Below, in pieces: positions 37,455 to 45,452 of a DNA stretch of 64,000 nt (its first letter is position 1; the number at the start of each line of letters is the position of its first letter). The translations under genes and the position numbers were made by a program. The notes beneath the pieces were generated by a model. The model saw nothing but the letters and a program-made list of their open reading frames with translations. It searched no databases and was not told where the DNA came from. This stretch comes from Bacteroides sp. (GTDB taxonomy: Bacteria > Bacteroidota > Bacteroidia > Bacteroidales > Bacteroidaceae): positions 8,690-72,689 of the forward strand of contig JAFTTU010000050.1 of assembly GCA_017466635.1 (NCBI GenBank), in the 5' to 3' direction.

Positions 37455-37646
37455 TTACTTTGAGGAACAAGTCTGTCGCTCACTCCAAACACAAGCAACA
37501 TCCTGCTCACAATCCTTTTTCTTCTTATGGTTGTTGCAACTTTTAGGAGGTTCATTTATTTGTAGCGTTACATCAGCATAATCACTATTAATACCACCCG
37601 ATACATCCAACAATTCTTTTTCATTGAGTTCTCTCATATCATTCAT
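37455..37646 (-). CDS. Double-glycine-leader Cys-rich precursor P7
   Basis: Leader MNDMRELNEKELLDVSGG; core C-x8-C-x5-CVW-x5-C; TATCTTTG upstream (37679-37686). Confidence 0.88.
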   Translation of the reverse strand: MNDMRELNEKELLDVSGGINSDYADVTLQINEPPKSCNNHKKKKDCEQDVACVWSERQTCSSK

Positions 37647-37709
37647 AATTTATCATTTTTGTAGATACATGCTTGTCGCAAAGATAGGAAAAAGATTTGA
37701 ACAACGGCA

Positions 37710-38768
37710 CTATTTGTTGAACTTTGAACTTGTTTTCCTTATCTTCTGCAACATCTGCTGATTCCATTCTGCTGAGCCCGGCAACTGATAACGGCAATTT
37801 CCGGTGGTCGAAGAAGTAAAGATGGTTTCGGCTTGAGGAGTGATTTCCACATATCCCCATTCGGATAAAGCAAACAAGCCATCACCTTCCACGGCGTGTA
37901 TCACCGCCAAAGGATCCCACATCTTTTGCCCTGTATTGCAATTATAGTTCTCATAGACTTGCCGGATAGGGTGATATGCATCCCACGCAAAGTCTTCCAA
38001 CACCTGTGCTTCGGGATATTCGATGCCATCCCCTACCTCACCTGGCGAAAAAATCACATCAACGTTCTTTGGCCAAAGTTGAAAGAACGTTTGCGCAAAA
38101 TCGATGCCTTGTCCGAAATTATAATCAGGCTCTACTGCCTGCCCGAATACTCCTCCCATGACATACATTGCTTTCACCTTGCGTTGTACCAATTCCACGC
38201 CATTCAACGGAGAATACTCATCGGCTCCGGATTCCAACAGCTGAGCCAAGGCGGTAACAAAGCCGACTGAACAAATGGAGACTGAATAATCAGGTTGGGC
38301 AGCCAACAATCGGCGATAGAGTTTCCAACCTTCGGGCAAAGCGGAATAATCGCTATGAGTACGTCGAAACATCAGTTGTCCGTCCGAAGTCCGGTGAGTA
38401 GCTAATGGACTATAATCAATCCACACCGAAGGAGCTTCAATGCCTTGACGTACCAATCCGATTGGCAAATCCGAATAACCATAATAAGTATTCATGATAT
38501 CCACCACCTCGGCACCGGCTTGCCCTACACGGTCGACCACCACTCCCAACAACTTGCATTTTCCTTCATCCGCATAGCGATAAAGCATCTGCAAAGCAAA
38601 CAAGTCATCGGTAGACGAAGGTATATCGACATCCAATATGACCAACGGAATACCCGTATAGGTTTCTTTTCCATCGACATCATTATCCGAGCTGTATCCC
38701 ACAAATAATAGACACAGCAACAAACATCCTATCCAATTATTCATTTTCATCTTGTTATTCTTTTTCAT
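37710..38768 (-). CDS. Nucleoside hydrolase (IUNH family), exported
   Basis: ILDVDIPSSTDDLFAL (DxDxxxDD), VMGG, .YNF, WDPLAV; N-terminal signal peptide. Confidence 0.82.
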   Translation of the reverse strand: MKKNNKMKMNNWIGCLLLCLLFVGYSSDNDVDGKETYTGIPLVILDVDIPSSTDDLFALQMLYRYADEGKCKLLGVVVDRVGQAGAEVVDIMNTYYGYSDLPIGLVRQGIEAPSVWIDYSPLATHRTSDGQLMFRRTHSDYSALPEGWKLYRRLLAAQPDYSVSICSVGFVTALAQLLESGADEYSPLNGVELVQRKVKAMYVMGGVFGQAVEPDYNFGQGIDFAQTFFQLWPKNVDVIFSPGEVGDGIEYPEAQVLEDFAWDAYHPIRQVYENYNCNTGQKMWDPLAVIHAVEGDGLFALSEWGYVEITPQAETIFTSSTTGNCRYQLPGSAEWNQQMLQKIRKTSSKFNK

Positions 38769-38797
38769 GATATATATCTGCCACTTACGTCCAACTT

Positions 38798-39886
38798 TTA
38801 CTCCATCAACAAGCGCTCCTTATTCAATTCTAAATGAATGAGTTTGTTTCCATCCTCGTCCACCGTTTCCTGTATCTTTTCACAGAGACCTTCCACGATA
38901 CTCAGGCTAAGCTCATCTTTGACCTTACTGGAATCCAAATACATCACATCCGTAGGAGGCAAAACTACATCCAGCATCATTCGTACTTCAGTATCCGACT
39001 TGGAAAGCACCAATTGGATTCCCTTTTCCAATGGGAGCAAGTTCAATAATTCCTCTACAACCAACTGAACGAAATGGAAGGCTTGACTTCCCAACCCGAA
39101 ACGGTTGCAATAACACTCGATACGGGCATTCAACTCCGGACGGTCAAATTGAAGAGAATCGATATGATACATCATGTTCTTTTGATAGCTCAAGAAACTG
39201 CGAGTTTCAGCTTGCTTAGGGGCATTCAGCAATTCAGCCACTGTACCCTCTTCACAGATTCTTCCTTTATACATGAAAACAACACGGTCGGCTATCTCCT
39301 TAACAAGGCTCATCTTGTGGGTAATGATAACCAACGGGATTTCTTTCTTCAATTTCCGCATGACATCCATCACCTCGGCTGTAGCAATCGGATCGAGTGC
39401 CGAAGTAGGCTCATCAAACAACATCACACGGGGATTCATTACCAAACAACGGGCAATGGCCACACGTTGTCTCTGTCCAGCAGAGAGTTCATGTGGAAAA
39501 AGGGTAGCCCTGTTTCCCAAACCTACCTTATTTAATTGCTGAAAGGCCAACTCTTCGGCTTCCTTCTGAGAGATACCCAACACTTTGACAGGAGCCAACG
39601 TCAGATTGTGCAACACATTGAAATGAGGAAACAGATTGAAATTTTGGAACACCATCCCAATACGATTGTAACCTCCCTTACTCTTTCGATTTAAAGGATT
39701 TCCATCTATAGTCACCATTCCCTGCTCTGGATATTCCAATCCAGCTATGCAACGCAACAACGTACTTTTCCCACTACCCATGGAACCTATGATACACACA
39801 GTTTCATTGCTCCCGACACGCAAGGATACACTATCCAAAGCTTTCTTTCCCTTAAAGGATTTAGTAATATGCGTAACTTCAATCAT
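38798..39886 (-). CDS. Second GlnQ-like ABC ATPase with C-terminal degenerate HATPase-like domain
   Basis: [36 protein letters not shown]; tail homologous to that of 16982-18094; start ATG 39886. Confidence 0.85.
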   Translation of the reverse strand: MIEVTHITKSFKGKKALDSVSLRVGSNETVCIIGSMGSGKSTLLRCIAGLEYPEQGMVTIDGNPLNRKSKGGYNRIGMVFQNFNLFPHFNVLHNLTLAPVKVLGISQKEAEELAFQQLNKVGLGNRATLFPHELSAGQRQRVAIARCLVMNPRVMLFDEPTSALDPIATAEVMDVMRKLKKEIPLVIITHKMSLVKEIADRVVFMYKGRICEEGTVAELLNAPKQAETRSFLSYQKNMMYHIDSLQFDRPELNARIECYCNRFGLGSQAFHFVQLVVEELLNLLPLEKGIQLVLSKSDTEVRMMLDVVLPPTDVMYLDSSKVKDELSLSIVEGLCEKIQETVDEDGNKLIHLELNKERLLME

Positions 39887-40967
39887 AGTGAAAAAATTTA
39901 GAAGACAACATTTTGACTGAATGGACAATCATCCACGACAATGCCAGATAAAGCAAACTAATGAACAATAAAGGCACAAAAGCATCGAATGTCTGGGCAC
40001 GGATTGCATCTACTGCCTTTACCAAATCTTTCTGAGCAATGTAGCCTGCATAAGAAGTGGAACGGAGCAACAGCTTCAATTCACCAATCACCAATGGCAA
40101 CATACTTTTTATTGCCTGAGGAAGCACAATATATCGATAGATTTGAGGGGAAGTCAATCCCAACATCTTAGCCACCTCACGCTGTTCCTTCCCTACCTGT
40201 TCGATGTGAATGGTGAAAATCTTGGTCAATGACGCAGAAGAATAAACTCCCAACGCAATTATGGATACACAGACACCATTGACGAACGGAACAGATGCAA
40301 ACACGACATAATAAAAAAACATCATCAAGACCACCGAAGGTATATCGTGTATAGTAAACACAAACCAATGCAACGGATGATAAAACCACATCCAACAATG
40401 GTTGATATGCATATATGTCAACAATGCAGCCAACAGGAGCGCCAATATCGCTCCAAAAAAGAAAATAACGACTGTCGTATAAAGCCCTCCTACAATCAAT
40501 TTCCAAGCATTATCCGACAACAAATTCCGATGAATACGGTTTACCCATCCTTGCCACCAACCACTTTCAGTCACTTCATTCCAAGTTTCCTTGTCCATCA
40601 TGCTTTTAGGCACGAGAACGTACCAAAGTTTTTTGTCCGACGTTTCCCAAGTGTCCAAGCAAGCATAATCCGAATTGCGGGACATGACACGAATGGCCAT
40701 CTCTTCATCCAACAAAGCCACATCGCATCTTCCGGCTTCAATATCCATAAACAGTCCCATCGCCTTGTCATAAACATTAACGAATGCATTGGGATAGCTA
40801 GCCATCAATTGCTCTTCCTCTAAAGTGCCCTTCAAGATTCCCAACCGCTTGTCCACAATATCCGATAAATCTCGATAGGAAACATCAGTCAAGGAACAGG
40901 CGGAAAATCCAACAGACAAAAGGATAATTCCCAAAATCAATTTAACTACCGTTCTCATTTTATCCAT
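39879..40967 (-). CDS. Amino acid ABC transporter, partial SBP fused to permease, lipoprotein
   Basis: Lipobox FSAC, one SBP lobe, permease with IVLPQA and IRAQTFDAF, similar to copies A and B. Confidence 0.8.
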   Translation of the reverse strand: MDKMRTVVKLILGIILLSVGFSACSLTDVSYRDLSDIVDKRLGILKGTLEEEQLMASYPNAFVNVYDKAMGLFMDIEAGRCDVALLDEEMAIRVMSRNSDYACLDTWETSDKKLWYVLVPKSMMDKETWNEVTESGWWQGWVNRIHRNLLSDNAWKLIVGGLYTTVVIFFFGAILALLLAALLTYMHINHCWMWFYHPLHWFVFTIHDIPSVVLMMFFYYVVFASVPFVNGVCVSIIALGVYSSASLTKIFTIHIEQVGKEQREVAKMLGLTSPQIYRYIVLPQAIKSMLPLVIGELKLLLRSTSYAGYIAQKDLVKAVDAIRAQTFDAFVPLLFISLLYLALSWMIVHSVKMLSSKFFHYD

Positions 40968-41120
40968 TCAAAAGATTATTACCGAATACAAAATTACTTA
41001 AAAAGGTCAAATGTAATTTACTATTTCATTATATTTGTAGTTAAAATTCTCTTTTTTATGGAAAAAAAAGCACAATATCGGAGACTATTCATCCACATGG
41101 CGCTGATATTTAAACTGAAT

Positions 41121-41193
41121 GCAATGAAACCAAGCTGAAGGCAGAGACCACCCTGTCTTCAGCACAACTCATTCACAATCAATAAGTCTGAAG
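41121..41193 (-). repeat. 73-bp repeat, copy 2
   Basis: Reverse complement matches 34738-34810 at 64/73 positions. Confidence 0.85.
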
Positions 41194-41209
41194 TCAGAAT
41201 CACTATAAT

Positions 41210-42817
41210 TCACTTTCCAATCCGTATACGTCCTTCCACCTGATTATAAACCTCACCGATACATCCGTTCAACATTTGCCTGATGTAGATGGAAAGGAAG
41301 TCTACATCTTTACCCATGTTATTCTTTATCAGCTTGGAACGCCGAAGGATGCCTGCCTCTCCTCCTTGCTCGATGAGATAACCGAAACTGCTTATCGTAT
41401 AGATTCGCTGAGGAATGATGGGCAAATACTTGCCTTGCACCTTGTCCCACACCTCGACTTGCGACACCCGACGAGTACCATCCACATGAGTGAACTGGCC
41501 TTTGTCATCGAATTGCACCGAGGTTTCGATGGATGTATCTACCTGAAAACGGATGCCGCTGACTTGCAGGAATCCTCCATGCTCAGATGGAAGCGCACGG
41601 GCAGAAACCTCAAGGGCATCCATAATCTGCTTACCACTCATGGTGGCCATACAGATATCATTGTGATAAGGAGAAACGGCCAACAGTGTATTGAACGTAA
41701 TATCGCCCTTCGGGATACTGGCACGAATGCCTCCCCCATTGACCAATGCGATATCGGTACCCGACACATGGCGCAATGCATCGGCAAAAAAATTACCGAT
41801 AGGAGCTTCCTGATTACGTACTATCCGACGGCCTTCTGCATCCATGATGTCCAAAAGGATATCGGATTTCCCGATGACCTTGTCGCCTTGAGCCAAGACT
41901 TGTTCCTTCACCTGATGTACAAAAGCATCCACTTCCGTGTCTACTGTATCGGATGACTCAACGGGCAATAATTTCGAGGTAAACGTTCCATTGGCAGATA
42001 AAGTAAGTACCCCTATATTGCGGAACGAAGATCCTGTAGAAGAAAGAAGAACCGGACAATTTTCCCCATTGAAGATGGTCGTGTCAGGAATAACATGATG
42101 GTCATGTCCGTCAAGCACGACATCGATGCCCGTTGTGTGATGGATAAGTTCTACCGAGCTAACCCCACTCATGCCGCTATCGCCCAAATGCGAAAGTACA
42201 ACTACATAATCAGCTCCTTCGCGTCTAGCCTCATCAACAAATCGTTGGGCATTTTCATAGAAATCTTCTTGACAGAAGTCATAACATACATCTCCCGCTT
42301 CGTCAATAAATGTAGTATATGCCACCAAAGAAAGAGTGGCAGGTGTAGTGAGACCTAGATAGGCAATATCTATATCGCCATATTGCTTGATGGTGTAAGG
42401 TGAAAAAGGGAATCGGTCTTTCTTCAAGTCGCGGAAATTGGCATCTATCACCTCAGCCTCCAAACTATCCGTCAAGGCAAACAAATGTGTTACCCCGAAA
42501 TCGAATTCATGATTGCCCAAAGTCACGACATCATAACCTACCCGATTCATGATATCCACGATACTTGCTCCTCGGGATACCGAGCCTATGACATCGCCTT
42601 GCACGAAGTCGCCACAAGAAACCGTAGTGACGTAAGGTGTCTCCTTCTGACAAGCATTCCGAACGGCAGCCAACTCGGCATATCCGTCTACCGCACAATG
42701 CACATCGTTGTCATAAACAATCACTACATCAGGAGACTGACAGCCGACCATGACCAGAGCCATTACTAGCCCCAGCACAACCATCAACTTCTTCCTGATT
42801 CTCCCTTTTCGTTTCAT
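41210..42817 (-). CDS. 5'-nucleotidase / bifunctional metallophosphoesterase lipoprotein
   Basis: Lipobox VMVGC, NDVH, GDFVQG, GNHEFD, LSHLG, GHDH, NGGGIRA C-terminal domain. Confidence 0.92.
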   Translation of the reverse strand: MKRKGRIRKKLMVVLGLVMALVMVGCQSPDVVIVYDNDVHCAVDGYAELAAVRNACQKETPYVTTVSCGDFVQGDVIGSVSRGASIVDIMNRVGYDVVTLGNHEFDFGVTHLFALTDSLEAEVIDANFRDLKKDRFPFSPYTIKQYGDIDIAYLGLTTPATLSLVAYTTFIDEAGDVCYDFCQEDFYENAQRFVDEARREGADYVVVLSHLGDSGMSGVSSVELIHHTTGIDVVLDGHDHHVIPDTTIFNGENCPVLLSSTGSSFRNIGVLTLSANGTFTSKLLPVESSDTVDTEVDAFVHQVKEQVLAQGDKVIGKSDILLDIMDAEGRRIVRNQEAPIGNFFADALRHVSGTDIALVNGGGIRASIPKGDITFNTLLAVSPYHNDICMATMSGKQIMDALEVSARALPSEHGGFLQVSGIRFQVDTSIETSVQFDDKGQFTHVDGTRRVSQVEVWDKVQGKYLPIIPQRIYTISSFGYLIEQGGEAGILRRSKLIKNNMGKDVDFLSIYIRQMLNGCIGEVYNQVEGRIRIGK

Positions 42818-42845
42818 ACCATCAACATACGTTCTCTGTGAAGCA

Positions 42846-42885
42846 AAGAATCTGAATACATACACATGCTTGTATTCAGATTCTT
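42846..42885. terminator. Hairpin downstream of gcvT at the right edge of the accessory region
   Basis: aagaatctgaataca / tgtattcagattctt 15-bp stem. Confidence 0.7.
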
Positions 42886-42928
42886 CCTTCCATTAGTTGT
42901 CTTAATGACAACCTCTATAAATCAAAAC

Positions 42929-44014
42929 TTACTTGCGGAACGGAGCCTTCACAACTTTCGCTTTCAGCTTGCGTCCACGCACGTCGATATAAATTTCAGT
43001 ATCGAGGGCTGTATAAGCCTTTGCAACATAACCCAAACCGATACCTATCTTGCGAGTTGGAGACATGGTACCACTGGTTACTTCACCGATTTCTTCACCT
43101 TCGGCATTCACCAACTTGTAACCATGACGTGGAATACCACGGTCTACCATTTCGAAAGCTGTAAGCTTGCGGGTGATACCTTCTGCCTTCTGCTTTTCGA
43201 GGATAGCACGGGCAGTGAAGTTCTTGCCTTCAGCAAACTTGGTAATCCAACCGAGACCTGCTTCGAGTGGAGAAGTTGTATCACTCAGGTCATTGCCATA
43301 AAGGCAGAAGCCCATTTCCAAACGGAGAGTATCGCGAGCACCGAGACCAATCGGCTTGATACCTTCAGGAGCACCAGCTTCGAAGATAGCATCCCAAATC
43401 TTGCTAGCATCTTCCGGATAGAAATAAAGTTCGAAACCACCGGCACCAGTGTAACCAGTGTTAGAAAGAATCACATTCGGGCAACCTGCAAATTCACCTA
43501 CAGCAAATGCATAGTAAGGGATTTCTGACAAGTTCACCGGAGTAAGGCGTTGCAACACTTCAGTAGCCTTTGGACCCTGGATAGCCAACTGAGCCATACG
43601 GTCTGAAGAGTTTTCGAGTTCAGCACCTACGGTATTGTGACTAGTACACCATGCCCAGTCCTTATCGATATTACCTGCATTGACTACCAACAGATACTTT
43701 TCGTCTTCGTAGTGGTACACAATCAAGTCATCCACGATACCACCTTCTTCATTCGGGAAACAAGTATATTGCGCCTTGCCGACTGGAAGGATAGCCACGT
43801 TGTTGGAAGTTATTTGCTGCAAATATTCCAATGCGTTAGGACCCTTCACCCAGAATTCACCCATGTGGGAAACATCGAATACACCCACACCGTTGCAAAC
43901 GGTCATGTGTTCATCGATAATGCCTGAGTATTCAATCGGCATGTTAAAACCTGCAAATTCATGCATCTTTGCTCCAAGAGCAATGTGTGTTTCGGTAAAC
44001 GGAGTAGTTTTCAT
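42929..44014 (-). CDS. gcvT: Glycine cleavage system aminomethyltransferase T
   Basis: [29 protein letters not shown]. Confidence 0.97.
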   Translation of the reverse strand: MKTTPFTETHIALGAKMHEFAGFNMPIEYSGIIDEHMTVCNGVGVFDVSHMGEFWVKGPNALEYLQQITSNNVAILPVGKAQYTCFPNEEGGIVDDLIVYHYEDEKYLLVVNAGNIDKDWAWCTSHNTVGAELENSSDRMAQLAIQGPKATEVLQRLTPVNLSEIPYYAFAVGEFAGCPNVILSNTGYTGAGGFELYFYPEDASKIWDAIFEAGAPEGIKPIGLGARDTLRLEMGFCLYGNDLSDTTSPLEAGLGWITKFAEGKNFTARAILEKQKAEGITRKLTAFEMVDRGIPRHGYKLVNAEGEEIGEVTSGTMSPTRKIGIGLGYVAKAYTALDTEIYIDVRGRKLKAKVVKAPFRK

Positions 44015-44050
44015 TTGATATTTGATTTTAAAAGTTATTGTTATCTATTT

Positions 44051-44134
44051 TTAGGCACGGATTACACGGATTTCACGGTTTTCAGTGGATGTCTTAAGAA
44101 ATTCATCCGTGTTCATCCGTGTAATCCGTGCCTT
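44051..44134. repeat. Palindromic intergenic repeat, copy 2
   Basis: aggcacggattacacggat ... atccgtgtaatccgtgcct; same family as 11434-11518. Confidence 0.8.
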
Positions 44135-44141
44135 ATAAAAA

Positions 44142-45362
44142 TTATCTGGCTGTAAGTTCGGCAATCTTCACCACCACCATCATGGCCTTTTCCATCGACT
44201 GGATAGGCACAAATTCATAGCGTCCATGGAAGTTCAAGCCACCAGCAAAAATATTCGGACAAGGCAAGCCCTTGAACGAAAGCTGAGCACCGTCAGTACC
44301 TCCACGGATAGCCTTTACTTTAGGAGCAACACCAGCTTCTTCCATCGCTTTCTTGGCAATGTCGATGATATGCATCACAGGCTCAATCTGCATTCGCATA
44401 TTATAATACTGGTCTTTCAATTCCACCTTCACGATACCGGCACCATACTTGGCATTGATGGCTTCGCCCCAAGCCTGCATACATTCCTTGCGAGCCTCGA
44501 ACTTGGTACGGTCGTGGTCACGGATGATATAGCTGACAGTTGCTTCTTCCACCGAGCCTTCGATGCCTACCACGTGATAAAAACCTTCATAACCTTCGGT
44601 ACATTCCGGAGTTTCATTGCCTGGAAGCAAACTCATGAATTCGTTGGCTACCCGGATAGCATTCACCATCTTGTTCTTGGCATAACCCGGATGCACATTA
44701 CGACCTTTCACAATCACCTTGGCAGCAGCCGCATTGAAGTTTTCGAACTCCAACTCTCCCACTTCACCACCGTCCATGGTATAGGCCCACTCACAACCGA
44801 ACTTTTCCACATCGAACTTATGTGCACCCATACCGATTTCTTCATCAGGATTGAAACCGATGCGAATCTTTCCATGCTTGATTTCCGGATGCTGTTGCAA
44901 GTATACGATAGCCGTTACGATTTCGGCAATACCCGCCTTGTCATCCGCACCGAGCAACGTCTGTCCGTTGGTCACAATGAGATCTTCACCCTGATGGTCG
45001 AGCAATTCAGGGAACTGCGATGGAGCCAGGACGATGTTTTCTTCTTCACAAAGCACAATATCCGAACCATCATAACCATGAACGATGCGCGGAGTGACAC
45101 CGGCACCACTCATGTCTGGACTGGTATCCATGTGAGCAATGAAACCGATGGTAGGCACTTCCTTATCGGTATTGGCAGGAAGTGTGGCATACAGATAACC
45201 ATGCTCATCCAACTCGATTTCTTCCAAGCCCAGCGCTTCCAACTCGCTCTTCAAATACTGGGCAAACACCATCTGTTTCGCCGTACTTGGAGTTACGCCA
45301 CTGTTCTCGTTCGACTGTGTATCGAAACTTACATATCTTAAAAAACGTTCTACTAAGTTCAT
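44142..45362 (-). CDS. pepT: Peptidase T (M20B tripeptidase)
   Basis: [37 protein letters not shown]. Confidence 0.97.
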   Translation of the reverse strand: MNLVERFLRYVSFDTQSNENSGVTPSTAKQMVFAQYLKSELEALGLEEIELDEHGYLYATLPANTDKEVPTIGFIAHMDTSPDMSGAGVTPRIVHGYDGSDIVLCEEENIVLAPSQFPELLDHQGEDLIVTNGQTLLGADDKAGIAEIVTAIVYLQQHPEIKHGKIRIGFNPDEEIGMGAHKFDVEKFGCEWAYTMDGGEVGELEFENFNAAAAKVIVKGRNVHPGYAKNKMVNAIRVANEFMSLLPGNETPECTEGYEGFYHVVGIEGSVEEATVSYIIRDHDRTKFEARKECMQAWGEAINAKYGAGIVKVELKDQYYNMRMQIEPVMHIIDIAKKAMEEAGVAPKVKAIRGGTDGAQLSFKGLPCPNIFAGGLNFHGRYEFVPIQSMEKAMMVVVKIAELTAR

Positions 45363-45400
45363 TTTATTTATCATTAAAATTCAACGAGTGTAAAAATAGG

Positions 45401-45440
45401 AAAAGAGCGTTGAATTGCCAAACAAATCAACGCTCTTTTT
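45401..45440. terminator. Terminator after the purF-like gene
   Basis: aaaagagcgttga / tcaacgctctttt. Confidence 0.7.
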
Positions 45441-45452
45441 ATTATTTTATCA

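Noticed and set aside
32015-37646. Calling the precursors lanthipeptides, sactipeptides/ranthipeptides or azole-containing peptides
   Set aside because: No LanB/C/M, radical SAM (CxxxCxxC) or YcaO gene in the window; the conserved four-Cys pattern and the VKOR-Trx neighbour favour disulfides. An enzyme acting in trans cannot be excluded.
41058-41138. 26-aa ORF (MEKKAQYRRLFIHMALIFKLNAMKPS) after a TATATTTG element, ending inside the 73-bp repeat
   Set aside because: Too short, with no GG leader or motif; it could be a truncated gene start but cannot be supported
13353-42817. Calling the accessory region an ICE, prophage or transposon
   Set aside because: No integrase, transposase, relaxase, conjugation or phage genes, and no att direct repeats or tRNA recognised
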